Source: Williopsis jadinii
Taxonomy: Eukaryota
NCBI GenBank assembly: GCA_024346625.1
Contig: AP024665.1
Location: 744,001-808,000, forward strand
DNA: 64,000 nucleotides
Direction of reading: 5' to 3'
Every line of letters starts with the position of its first letter. Position 1 is the first letter of the stretch. Of this stretch, positions 23,954 through 34,623 are shown one piece after another. The translations under genes were made by a program, and so were the position numbers. The notes under the pieces were generated by a model, which worked only from the letters and a program-made list of their open reading frames with translations, was not told where the DNA came from and did not search any database.

Positions 23954-24796
23954 ATGTCATCGTCAGGTATGCCCACTATAACGTCGACTACGACGTCTGC
24001 AACCAAGTCTGGCATGCCAGTGATCACGGTTACTGAAGCCGGGTCCACAACGTGGACCACACCAGATATAACACCACCAGCTGCGGGCGATAATCCAAAC
24101 ATCTGGAGATCAAGTGCTCCCTCGGGAACAGTGTTCATTGCAGTGGGAGCCGTCGCAGGGTTCATTATGGTTATCTTTGCCCTTGTGCTTATCTTGAGAA
24201 ACTGGTTGGCGAGACGTACTGCGCGTGAGTCTGTTGTTCTGGATGATAATAACTCGACAAACTCCTTTGGATCTGGTGGGCTGATGGAGAAGAACCAGCT
24301 ATACCATTCATCTTCAGATTTGAGAAAGAGCGTATCGCAGGGGAAGATACCGTTGCTGTACTCAACATACACAAAGGAGTTTTCAAACGACTCAGTTGCT
24401 GATTTTTCAGACCCAGGCTATACAAGATCACATGAGAATATCTTCTCCACATTGGATGCCACTGATAATAAGAGGAAATCCATGTTCATATCTCCAACTG
24501 CAGAGGTCATGGGCTTGAAGAGCCAACCTCCAAACCAACGCCATTCCAGGGTACTGTCCAGTCTGAGTAACATTGCAAGCACAACCACGGTTAACGGGGG
24601 TGGATCAGAGGTTACATCGTCTTATCAGACACCACCACAAGTTGGGTCAAGGTTCAACAGACATGAACGTACTGGAAGTTATGATAACTACGGCGAAGTT
24701 TCACTAACGAGTCCAGAGAGAGGATCTCAACGTGAGTACAAGAGTCGTTCCAGAGCTGTACCTTCACAATACCTTGATTCTATGTTTGAAGATTAA
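23954..24796 (+). CDS. Single-pass membrane protein, PRM5/YNL058C/CSI2 family
   Basis: Ser/Thr-rich N-terminus, TPP...NPNIW...GTVFIAVG TM segment, SMFISPT motif. Adjacent to RHO3, as PRM5 is in S. cerevisiae. Confidence 0.8.
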   Translation: MSSSGMPTITSTTTSATKSGMPVITVTEAGSTTWTTPDITPPAAGDNPNIWRSSAPSGTVFIAVGAVAGFIMVIFALVLILRNWLARRTARESVVLDDNNSTNSFGSGGLMEKNQLYHSSSDLRKSVSQGKIPLLYSTYTKEFSNDSVADFSDPGYTRSHENIFSTLDATDNKRKSMFISPTAEVMGLKSQPPNQRHSRVLSSLSNIASTTTVNGGGSEVTSSYQTPPQVGSRFNRHERTGSYDNYGEVSLTSPERGSQREYKSRSRAVPSQYLDSMFED

Positions 24797-24852
24797 ACTG
24801 CATTTTGTATTTTATTTTGAAGGATAAGACCAAAAATAACACGCAAACATTA

Positions 24853-25609
24853 TTACATAATTATACACCCTGTAGAAGATGAGGATTCTTCACCTTCATT
24901 TGCTCCCTTTGGCTTTGCAGTTAGTGCACATCTGGCTGCTTCTGTGAATGCCTCATTAACACCTCTGTTCTTCTTTGCAGAACACTCCAAATATCTCAGC
25001 GCACCAATTTTTTTGGCCATGGCCAAACCTTCGTCATACGTGATTAGATTCTTTGAAGATGGATTAGAATTCTCGTGGTCGTCGTCGTCTCCATCATCAT
25101 TTCTCAAATCACACTTGAGCGCCACCAATACCAGCTTAACACCTTCACAATGGTCTGCAATCTCCCCGACCCATTTATTCTGAACATTCTCCAAAGAGTC
25201 TCGAGAATCTATGGAGAAACATAGCATTATCGTATGCGTGTCGGAATAACTCAAGGATCTTAGTCTATCGAATTCTTCTTGTCCAGCGGTATCCCAGAGG
25301 GAAAGCTTGATGGATTTCCCATCGACAAAGATGTCATGAACGTAGTTTTCAAAGACAGTTGGCTCATAGACCTGAGGAAAATAACCCCTGGTGAAGACGT
25401 TCAAAAGAGATGTCTTACCACATGCACCATCACCGAGAATGACAATTTTACGTTCAACTGGGGGTTTAATTGTGTTTTGTTAGTATACAGAATGGGTATT
25501 AAAGACGCCTTCAGAATTGTCTGTAAATGGAAAAAAGTAACCAAAACGAGACGCCTAAAAACACACAAAACAACTCACTTGGTTTAGTTGAAGATCCGCA
25601 GAGTGGCAT
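24853..25609 (-). CDS. RHO3: Rho3 GTPase; intron 25458-25578
   Basis: Exon 1 (25609-25579) MPLCGSSTKP. GTGAGT donor, TACTAAC branch, CAG acceptor. Spliced KPIERKIVILGDGACGKTS; C-terminal CAAX CIIM. Confidence 0.95.
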
Positions 25610-26698
25610 TATTTATGATTTGTTTGTGTTCTTTGCTTCGTTCTGATTTGTTCTATCAGGATAAATTATGAATCAATTCTTTCCCCCTAGTGTATTTCTA
25701 GTAGCTTGGGAATGCGTCCACAACAGCAATGTCTTTTCAAGAATCAGGAATGTGTTTTTTTCGAATGGTTTGTTTACTCCCCCGACGAATGGATCAGCTC
25801 AAGTATTCTAAAATGGCACAACAAGAAGCAGATAGTCTGAGTGGATTAGGAATAGCACAAGTAGAAAGGAATGGATGAAATCAGACAGAAAGAAACCCTT
25901 TTAGGAAAATTCAAGTGATGAATCAAGAGAGAATTCTCGATTTTGATAAATTACAACCTGTTTTTTTCTTGTTGTCGTTCCTCCCCTATGGCCGTTGTTA
26001 CTAAAATAAGCTGGACGCTTTTGGAAATTTTCGCGTTGTTTGTTTTGGAATTGGGGTTTCTCTCTCTCTTTTTGTAGGACGAGAGTTTATTGTTCGAGTT
26101 GAAGGTTCTGTTCAAGGTTTAGTGATGGCTTTGACAATCAATGATAGACCTTTGAGCGTTCACTTTGCGTTTGATCTGAGAACTACCACGGGCCTTAGAA
26201 TATGTTGTTGTGTATGGATCCAATCCTCAGTATTTTGACCGCGTTCAGACGATATTGAAACGTGTCGGACTTAGCTTGTAGAACTGTAAGAATGTCTCAA
26301 AGGTCGACTCGACCGGAATGTAAACTTCTTGGGAGTAGTCAAGTACAGCTACAGTGGCCAAAATGAACTTTATACAATACTCTCAATTTGCAATAATCCT
26401 TTAGTGATCAGTGTGCATTTGAAATTACCATTGCAGCTCGTTTCCTCGTCCTTCTTAATTTTGGTTGCTGAGGTTACCCAAGACCTTCAACTCCATGCTC
26501 CTCCCGAAATAGGAAAAGAAGGCGTGTTATATAACACCCGAACATCACCACAAACACCCATCCAAAGAAACGTAGCCCCAAGAGTGCGCACAGGATGGAC
26601 ACAACTTGGGGCTTATAGGGCTCTCTGATTCTGGTGGCCGAATAAGGACTGCTTTAACGTTTCGCCACGTTTAGAACCAGAGGATCAGCATCCTAAAC

Positions 26699-27514
26699 AT
26701 GGCTAAGAAGCAGGTCAATCCTCTATTGCAAAGGTTGCAGAGCGCTCAAGATCGGACGTCGAGGGATATAAACAACAGAAACAAGAACAGGAATTCTGAG
26801 AAGATTCCAGATTCAAAATCAAAACTGGAGAAGAACCCTTTATATAGAGCTTTGAACGGCTCCAATGTCCAGACCAGACCAAAGAACTCCCCTGCTTCGC
26901 TAAGGGGCAAATCACTTTCAAGATCCAAGGCACAGTCGAACAGGGTACAGAAGCTGAGCGTTAGAGAACGTCTCAGAGCTTCAGTTGCAAAAGTTGAAGC
27001 GTTAAATTCACAGGGCAACTCTTCCAGGCAACATCCAAATGTTTCGAACTCAACGGGGAAGCCTAGCGAGTCCAGACAAGGAGGCAGACCTATCATGCTG
27101 AATAGTAAACCCCAAAACAGCAACAGGACTATAAAGCATCGGCTGACCTTGTCATCCACACCTTCATCATCAGCTTCTTCGTTCCACAACTCTCAGAAAC
27201 AGCAAAGGGACATAAGCACTAGGGACTATAATGCCGGTATTGAACTGTCGTATGACCCCCAATCTCCATCGTTCTTGACGGTGAGGAACTTAGAAGTTGG
27301 AACGTCGGCAGACGACCTCATACATGTCTTTGAAAAAATTGGTAAAGTTACAGGCATCAGAGTGAAGGATTTGGCTTCAGGCTCCGCAACTGCAGAGATT
27401 ATGTTCACAAAGCACCGTGATTTGGTGCGTGCCTATGAAAGTGTTAAAGGTTCCTTCGCCAATGGCCGTCTACTCCAAGCCGATATCACAACCAATAGCC
27501 AATTCACGAGTTAG
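26699..27514 (+). CDS. Basic low-complexity protein with a C-terminal RRM, likely YHR127W ortholog
   Basis: LTVRNL...IRVKDLASGSATAEIMF...NGRLLQ resembles the IRVRDLPSGSATA segment I recall from S. cerevisiae YHR127W. Confidence 0.75.
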   Translation: MAKKQVNPLLQRLQSAQDRTSRDINNRNKNRNSEKIPDSKSKLEKNPLYRALNGSNVQTRPKNSPASLRGKSLSRSKAQSNRVQKLSVRERLRASVAKVEALNSQGNSSRQHPNVSNSTGKPSESRQGGRPIMLNSKPQNSNRTIKHRLTLSSTPSSSASSFHNSQKQQRDISTRDYNAGIELSYDPQSPSFLTVRNLEVGTSADDLIHVFEKIGKVTGIRVKDLASGSATAEIMFTKHRDLVRAYESVKGSFANGRLLQADITTNSQFTS

Positions 27515-27960
27515 AACCTCGTTCGCTCTTAATACTAAGAAAAGAGCAATCAACACAAAATTACAGTAGATTAATTTAGATGGTGTGTTCAATTCAACTG
27601 GAGTCACAGTCAAGTCTCTTTAGTTTACATGTAGTGAAGTAACCACCAATTGGGCGAAGAGCTACAGAAAACAAACTACCGTCTCTATAAGTGTCCTTAC
27701 AGAACATGTGTCTTCTTCTGAAGGTGACACACAGGTGTGTGGGATTTAGTGCAGATGACAGGTGCGTGGGCCAGAAATTTCCAATTATGTCCTACATGGC
27801 ATAATAGCAAACATAAAATGCAGAAACGGGCAAAAAGAGGATCTTGCCATTTTGAAAGGAGAGGTATAAAAGGGAGATCAATTTCCCCCTTTTCGAGCTA
27901 TGGTGAGTTGCTTCTACAGCAAATATACCAAACCGGTTCGTTTGTAACAAATCGTATAAT

Positions 27961-28827
27961 ATGACAGATACAACTACTCTTAAAGTCTCCACTGTGGTCA
28001 CCCTGATCCTCTCGGTGTATGCCAACATCCGTTATTTGGTGGGGCGCAACCCAATCGACGATGATCCAGAGAAGGACCCATTCTTTAGGGTTGGTTTCAC
28101 CCCATTTACAGCCAATTTGTTGGTGATCCTCATTTATTGGGGTGCCACACACATTTTGCAGTTGGGATTCATTGCGCAGTTCTTCTTCCCAGAGGAGACA
28201 AACTCACAGTCCCAATCTTCCAACCCAGCTGCGAATGCACTGGGTGCCATTACAAACTTCTCGAGGGTCAAAACGGCAACGAACGTTGGTTGGTCTTTGA
28301 ACATCTTTAACTTTTTACACTTTGCCTGGAGTTTACTGTTTGCCCACGGCCATTATATCCTCTCTGAGCTGGTTCTCATTGCCAATTTCGTGAACATTTT
28401 GGCCTTGTACACCTCGCAGAAACCATGGAAAATCAGAAACCTATCTCAGATCTTTTTGATTCACATGCCAGTTGCAGCTTTGCCATTCTCATGGTTGTTC
28501 TTTGCAATCTTTTGGAACGGCGCTGTGATTGTTGGTTCGCAATCGTTGGCTGCTCGTATCGTTGCCAATGTTTTCATCTGGAATTTCCTGTTGGTGCCAA
28601 CCTTCTTCTTAGCAATCTATAGGGATTGGTCCATTGGACTGTCATCATCCGCATTAATGTTGGGATTGGGTCTTGGTCAGTTATTCACAAAGGTTTTCGC
28701 TCTTCAGTGGATCTTTGCCTTTGCCATTTCAGGATTTTTGTTCCTCGCATCGATTGCAGTGCTCAGTGCCAATCTCACTTCTGATAATGGGTCATCTACT
28801 GAGAATGCTCCATTGATCAACAACTGA
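27961..28827 (+). CDS. Fungal multi-pass membrane protein, DUF1774-like
   Basis: TPFTAN, IHMPVAALPFSW..FAIFWNGAV and ALQWIFAF motifs. TATAAAAG near 27866. Confidence 0.8.
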   Translation: MTDTTTLKVSTVVTLILSVYANIRYLVGRNPIDDDPEKDPFFRVGFTPFTANLLVILIYWGATHILQLGFIAQFFFPEETNSQSQSSNPAANALGAITNFSRVKTATNVGWSLNIFNFLHFAWSLLFAHGHYILSELVLIANFVNILALYTSQKPWKIRNLSQIFLIHMPVAALPFSWLFFAIFWNGAVIVGSQSLAARIVANVFIWNFLLVPTFFLAIYRDWSIGLSSSALMLGLGLGQLFTKVFALQWIFAFAISGFLFLASIAVLSANLTSDNGSSTENAPLINN

Positions 28828-28927
28828 GGATGTGGTTGAAAACACACCCAACTTATACCTATAATAACACAAAGCTTAAGAAATACGTTCTAACCATTTC
28901 ACAATGACTTTTGTCTACCTTGTAATT

Positions 28928-29311
28928 TCATTCATTGTGGGTTTCGTTGGATTTTGATCCACACGGATTGGCCATCTTTTCAATCAGCTGTGTCCTTAGT
29001 ACGGCTTTTGGCGTATCATGCGCAATAGAGAGATACGTAAGCATAGATGGATGTCCAACAGCAGAGGCGTAGGAGTCTCTATGCACATTTGTCATCCACT
29101 CACTATAGAAGCAACCTGTTAGTACACGTCACATGGTTAAAAGAAGCTCCCATTTGACTTACTGTTTTGTTGTTGTCTCATCTCCAAGACCAATATGACG
29201 ACTCTTCAACTGGTTATAAACTTGCTGCTCTCTAACTTTATCAGCCTATAAAAGAGGTTAGCACTCGGGCGTAAGTGAAAGCACACCAACCACACACGAT
29301 ATACTTACCAT
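28928..29311 (-). CDS. YSF3: SF3b subunit 5/10 (Ysf3), 86 aa, three exons
   Basis: Not in the ORF track. Exons 29311-29309 (ATG only), 29245-29163 and 29102-28928. Introns GTAAGT..TGCTAAC..TAG and GTAAGT..TACTAAC..TAG. Product: MADKVREQQVYNQLKSRHIGLGDETTTKHEWMTNVHRDSYASAVGHPSMLTYLSIA...KMANPCG. Divergent from THO2. Confidence 0.93.
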
Positions 29312-29507
29312 CCTAAACTCCTCTGTCCTTCGTTGTCCTTCGCTGTCGTTCTTTATGTTTCGAGGACTGGCAGCGAAAGTTTTTTTCCTTCTGTTGAGGT
29401 GATCCTTCCTCTCTCCACGGAAAACCCAGTTCAAAGCAAAAATTGTAACTGCGAGAAAACCACAAACGTACACACAGGCACATACACCAACGCCATTGCA
29501 AACAGAA

Positions 29508-32500
29508 ATGTCAACAGATTTAGCTATGGATGTCAAAAAGGACGACGAAGACGTTGCAATGGCTGATGCTGAAAGCACTGTGGACCCACAGCAAGAACTT
29601 CATCGTAAACGCCGTGAACTGTTCAATGCCGCCAACGAAGAGTACCAATGGTTGTACTTAACCTCGGACGTTGTTGATGACTTTGACAGGAGCAGAGCTG
29701 GGATCGCTTCGAAGGTCTCGTCACAACCGGGCATTGCTCAGGGTGTGTTCTATGAGGTGATTCTGAGTGCAAAGTACTACGAAGCGAGAATCCCGCGTGC
29801 AAAGCTTGTTTCTCTTTTGGAAGATGTTATGGGCAATGGCCGTGTTGACGTGTTGAAGAGTACGTTTATAGCGGTGCTGAACTCGTTTAAACTGGATGAG
29901 AACATCTTGAAACTGCTTAGGGAGTACAAGAGTTTCCCATCTGTTGACCTGGCGTCGTTTGCTCTCGATGAGAAGATCGTAACCGAGTTGGGCCTTGTGC
30001 AATCCCTCTCGAAAGATAAGATGGACTATTTGATTCGACACTTGGTTGACCAGCCAAGGTATAATCTCTTGCACGAGTCCGCAGAAGGTTATTCAAAGGT
30101 TATCACTATTCTTTCAGACGTTGCAGGTTCTGAATTCTCTAAATTTCAAGTATCTGCCGTTCTCAATTCGATTGACATTTGCATAGGTCATTTCAACTTA
30201 GACACAACTATGGTCTTGAACTTAATTATTTGTATTGGTGCTGAATTTTCCACCGTGAACTACAGATTCTTCTTGGAGTTGTTGGAAAATTCGCAATGGT
30301 TCCCAAAGGTCAAGTCTGAGATCTCATCTTTGGAATCGTTAAACGAAGGAGGCAGCGAGGATGCAGTTAGATTCATAGCCTCCAACTTACGTGTTCTTGC
30401 CAAAACTCCGTCTAGTGATGAAGAGTTGAAGCGTTTCATGAGATTTACCTGTATGCTTATGAAAATTGGATTCATTTCGTTTGGTGCCTTGTACAAGTTG
30501 TTGGGGCCTAGCTCAGAAGTGATGCTTACATTATCAGAGAAAATCAAACAAAACATTGACGAGGAGATTTTCAAAGCTTCAGCAAATGCTTTAGCTCTAA
30601 GTGGACCGTTAGCTGATGATGAAGATGACGAAGAAGATAACAAGACCCAGTCAACCGAAAGCCAGGAGAAAAGTGCAGAGCAGTGCGACGTGAATTTCAA
30701 ACTTCTCTTACTGAAATCACTACTTGAGAATGGCTTGTATTTCCCTTCCCTATACATTTTGGTTGAATATCCAACATTGGCTTTTGCAGATGATGAAGTA
30801 CCTAAGCTTATTCTGAGAATTTTCAAGCATATGATTGAACCGTTCCTTTGCCAGGAGCAGATTCTATCCGAGGAACAATCAAGGAAACTTACAACACCTT
30901 TGGTTAAAGATCTCGCGAGACACGATGATATCAAGGAGGTGTCGTATCCCTTGAGCAATGGACGCTTTGTGTGTTATTTTTACAGAGAGTGGACAGAAGG
31001 TTTACCTTCTGTCGAAAATGAGGAAAGTTTGATCAAGTACTCAAATGAGTTTTTATCCTTTGTTGGTGCAAAATTGGGAGAGGATTTTTTATTAGTCTCA
31101 AAAATCTGCAAAGCTATCACGGCCTTCCTCAAGAAGACTAAAAACTCTAAAAGTTACGAAAAGGAACTAGAAACCTGGTTTGAATATTACAGGAAGTTTA
31201 TATTCCCAGCACTGAGTTTTGGTCACGAAAATCCTATCCTTGTCCATGACTCATTCCAACTGCTCGTCCTATTTCCTGTGGCCTGGCGTTATAACCTATA
31301 TGGTGAACTACTGAGGGTTACCTCAAAAAATAACCAGTTTGTGAAGTTGAATTACTCCAAGGCTGAGAAGCAGACCAAAGATGTCTTGAAGAGATTGACC
31401 ACAACAAATGTTAAAGAGACTATGAGACGATTGGCAAAGATCGCCTTTGCCAATCCACTTCCTGCGTTCTCTGTGATCTTGAACCAGATTGAGAGTTATG
31501 ACAACTTGACAGATTTGGTGGTTGATTCTGCACGTTACTTCAACGATTATGCGTGGGATGTGTTACCATTTGCTATTCTAACACGACTGACTCAACGCAG
31601 GCAAGCACTTCAAGATGATGGAATCAATGATTCAACATGGTTACAATCGCTGTCAGTATTCATTGGAAAGATTTCAAAACATTATAAAGAACTTGAATTG
31701 GACACGATTTTGATGTTCTGCACGAGGTCACTCCACCATAAAGATCGTATCGGACTCACAGTCCTGAAACAATTGATTGCGCATATGGGAGGTATCCAGC
31801 GTTATACAAACTTGATTCCTAGTCAGATCAAATTTTTGAACAGCGGATTATCTTTGCAGAAAGTAACACGCAAAACAATTTTGGATACCAGAGATGAATC
31901 AATTAATAGTGGATTGAGACTAATCAATTCGATGCGCAGATCTGGAGATCTCAACGAGTTATTCATCTTGTTACACAATTACCACGTGTCAGTTATACGT
32001 GATTCCGATGATACCATACCGTTCAAGGTGTTATGTGATCATTCTGATGAGTCAGCAGCTGTTTTACACACGTTTTGTCAGATGATTACTTTCTTCAGTC
32101 ACAGCGCAAACTATGATTTGTTTCAACATTATATTGCACCTTTGGATGACATGATCTCAGAGTACAACATCGGTGTTGCTTGGGCATTTGAATTATGGAG
32201 ATCTAAGCTTCCACTTGAGTTTGATGCCAATATTGAATCTACGAGTATCGATTTGACAGATTTATCAAAAACTCTCTTCAATGACTTCTGGAAGCTGAGC
32301 TTGTATGACATCAACTTCGATGCTGACGTTTATACTACAGAACTAGCAAAAGTGACTGCACAAAACAAGAGTATCGAGAAAGAAGTTAAGATAACTCTCA
32401 TGGATATCCGTGAAAAGAATAGCAGAGAAAATGTTAGGTTGAGAGAGAGATTGCAGAAGAGTCACAAGATTAATAACGAGGTGATCAATGGCTTACCTCG

Positions 32501-34412
32501 TGATCTAGAAAAACACAGACAACACTCAGAACTAATTTCAAATACTATTGATGATCATCGCCCACTGTGGTTCTCATCCGAAGAGCCTACAGAGAATGAA
32601 ATCGAGGCTTTTATCCAATTTTGTGTCATTCCACGTGTTACACATTCCGAAAGTGGTGCTATATTCAGTGCTACTTTCATTAGCACTCAGCTAAGTATGT
32701 CCATTTCCAAAGCAGTGCTCAATAAACTCTTTGAAAGTGGAATACTTGGAACTTTGTTATACTCGTCAACTCCAATTGAGGCCGAGAATATTGGACTGTT
32801 TGTCGGGGAAGTTATTGGCTCGTTCCAACGTAAGAGCGAGGTTGACCTAAAGAAGTCCTCTTTCCACTGGTTACAGGAAATTGTGCCTGTGGTAAAGAAC
32901 AATCTGATATACGTCGAAAGTTATATGGCAAGAAGAAACACTTTAACATTCCTCAAGAATTTAATTCCCATGATAACCACCAAGACAATAGGAATTAGTC
33001 TTCACTCGATTGTGGAAGAGGTGGGAAAAATTGAAACTAGAGATGATTTGAAGCTTGCATGCTCTGCAGTCTTTGCATTACTTCAAGGGTCTTCTAAAAA
33101 CTGGGTTAACATTTGGGACGTCGTTGAGCTTGATGAACAGGAGCGCTCCCTCCTTGAAGCAGAGTCCGAAAAACTGCTTCGCAGACAAAAACTTGTGAAA
33201 GAGGAAGAGAAACGTCTGCTGGCAAAGAAAGCTGAAGAGGAACGTGCTATTAGGCTTGCCGAAATCAAAGCTCAAGAAGCAGAACGGAATGCTCGTCGTG
33301 CAGAGGAAGAGGCTGCTGCTGCTGCTTTGAGAGAAAAGGAGATAACTGAATCTGAACAGAAGGACAGTACTGATGAAGCCATGGCTGATGCTGATGAGGA
33401 AGTTGACGAAGAGGAAATTATTATCGAAGAAGATGATGAGAAGCAAGATACGAAGAGTTCTTCCAAGATTGCTTTATCGGGTGAAGAACCGGAAATCAAA
33501 GACCCTAAACAACCAGATCCTGTCTCTAAGGCTACTAGTAGCGGTGAACACGAAAGTGAGCTCAAGAAGAATGATATTAAAACCGGGGAAATTCCTAAGA
33601 GGGAAGTACAGGTGTTAAAGGAGAATAAACCTAAAGAAAATCTTAAATTTCCAACAGAGCCTCAAAATGCTGCTAAAGACACTCGTCTTGGCACAAGGTT
33701 CCGCAATGTTACAGCTGATATGATCTCTTTAAGCGAAACTGAACTCCAGAAGAAAATCAAAGATGTGGTGAAGTTGATACGAGAAAAAGATATGGAAGGG
33801 CTAATCAAGTTCACAAGTGATAGTCCTTCCACTTCTAAGAAGTTAAGAGAGAACAATGATCCTAAGACCTTCAGAAAAAATGTCAAGCTCATTTTGCACG
33901 ACTATTTTGTGAAAATTGCAGGTCATCCAGTTGCAGTAGACTCCTTCCTTCAAGGTCCTCTATCGAACTTGCCTCTTCCAGAGGCACACCATACCAGACA
34001 AAGACTTCCAGATCAGTCTTTTGTTGTTAGTAAGGCCATCGCTGGTAAAAGCGATAGAACTGACGACTGGAGAAACCGTGATTCCGATCGTCGTGACAGA
34101 GATCGTGGAGGCCAACAACGTGACAACGATAAAAGAGATCCAAGGCGTGATAGAGATAGGGATGGACGTCCGAGAGACAGGGACGAACGTCCTAGGGATA
34201 GGGATGGACGTCCAAGAGACAGGGATGAACGTCCTAGAGACAGCTATCGCAGAGATGATCGTGGTAACCGTGGATCATCTTACAAAGGCTCAATCCCACC
34301 ACCACCACCTCCCCCTCCGCCAGCGAAAAAAGACTCATTCGACACTTCAAGAGGCCCTGATAGAAGAGACCGTCGCAATGACTACCCTGATAAGAGAAGA
34401 AGACGTCTTTGA
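29508..34412 (+). CDS. THO2: THO complex subunit Tho2
   Basis: YNLLHESAEGYSK, IGHFNLD, LNQIESYDNL, FWKLSLYDI and YMARRNTL motifs; RD-rich tail. First ATG at 29508. Confidence 0.93.
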   Translation: MSTDLAMDVKKDDEDVAMADAESTVDPQQELHRKRRELFNAANEEYQWLYLTSDVVDDFDRSRAGIASKVSSQPGIAQGVFYEVILSAKYYEARIPRAKLVSLLEDVMGNGRVDVLKSTFIAVLNSFKLDENILKLLREYKSFPSVDLASFALDEKIVTELGLVQSLSKDKMDYLIRHLVDQPRYNLLHESAEGYSKVITILSDVAGSEFSKFQVSAVLNSIDICIGHFNLDTTMVLNLIICIGAEFSTVNYRFFLELLENSQWFPKVKSEISSLESLNEGGSEDAVRFIASNLRVLAKTPSSDEELKRFMRFTCMLMKIGFISFGALYKLLGPSSEVMLTLSEKIKQNIDEEIFKASANALALSGPLADDEDDEEDNKTQSTESQEKSAEQCDVNFKLLLLKSLLENGLYFPSLYILVEYPTLAFADDEVPKLILRIFKHMIEPFLCQEQILSEEQSRKLTTPLVKDLARHDDIKEVSYPLSNGRFVCYFYREWTEGLPSVENEESLIKYSNEFLSFVGAKLGEDFLLVSKICKAITAFLKKTKNSKSYEKELETWFEYYRKFIFPALSFGHENPILVHDSFQLLVLFPVAWRYNLYGELLRVTSKNNQFVKLNYSKAEKQTKDVLKRLTTTNVKETMRRLAKIAFANPLPAFSVILNQIESYDNLTDLVVDSARYFNDYAWDVLPFAILTRLTQRRQALQDDGINDSTWLQSLSVFIGKISKHYKELELDTILMFCTRSLHHKDRIGLTVLKQLIAHMGGIQRYTNLIPSQIKFLNSGLSLQKVTRKTILDTRDESINSGLRLINSMRRSGDLNELFILLHNYHVSVIRDSDDTIPFKVLCDHSDESAAVLHTFCQMITFFSHSANYDLFQHYIAPLDDMISEYNIGVAWAFELWRSKLPLEFDANIESTSIDLTDLSKTLFNDFWKLSLYDINFDADVYTTELAKVTAQNKSIEKEVKITLMDIREKNSRENVRLRERLQKSHKINNEVINGLPRDLEKHRQHSELISNTIDDHRPLWFSSEEPTENEIEAFIQFCVIPRVTHSESGAIFSATFISTQLSMSISKAVLNKLFESGILGTLLYSSTPIEAENIGLFVGEVIGSFQRKSEVDLKKSSFHWLQEIVPVVKNNLIYVESYMARRNTLTFLKNLIPMITTKTIGISLHSIVEEVGKIETRDDLKLACSAVFALLQGSSKNWVNIWDVVELDEQERSLLEAESEKLLRRQKLVKEEEKRLLAKKAEEERAIRLAEIKAQEAERNARRAEEEAAAAALREKEITESEQKDSTDEAMADADEEVDEEEIIIEEDDEKQDTKSSSKIALSGEEPEIKDPKQPDPVSKATSSGEHESELKKNDIKTGEIPKREVQVLKENKPKENLKFPTEPQNAAKDTRLGTRFRNVTADMISLSETELQKKIKDVVKLIREKDMEGLIKFTSDSPSTSKKLRENNDPKTFRKNVKLILHDYFVKIAGHPVAVDSFLQGPLSNLPLPEAHHTRQRLPDQSFVVSKAIAGKSDRTDDWRNRDSDRRDRDRGGQQRDNDKRDPRRDRDRDGRPRDRDERPRDRDGRPRDRDERPRDSYRRDDRGNRGSSYKGSIPPPPPPPPPAKKDSFDTSRGPDRRDRRNDYPDKRRRRL
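34150..34245 (+). repeat. Coding tandem duplication encoding RDRDGRPRDRDERP twice
   Basis: Two near-identical 42-nt units, GATAGGGATGGACGTCCRAGAGACAGGGAYGAACGTCCTAGR. Confidence 0.85.
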
Positions 34413-34623
34413 TTGCGTATCTCTTAAATGATACACGTGATTTATATCCAATAGTGTGTGTGCTTTGTACGCCCAGAGCGATGACCTGTGGCAGTGTGTA
34501 GGATGATGCTTGTGACCCCAACCAGGAGGAAGCCTGGTGATTTATAACAACCACGACAAGCCCGTACTTTAGCTGGTGACGCTGTCGATTTTACAGTGAT
34601 AGAAGACAGTACTTGTAGATCAC

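Noticed and set aside
27900..27967. ATG-GTGAGT and a possible intron ahead of the DUF1774 gene
   Set aside because: There is no CTAAC branch motif, splicing from that ATG is out of frame, and the TATA at 27866 fits the ATG at 27961.
29301..29310. ATACTTACC, identical to the 5' end of U1 snRNA
   Set aside because: It is the reverse complement of the YSF3 ATG|GTAAGTAT donor, and no U1 body follows.
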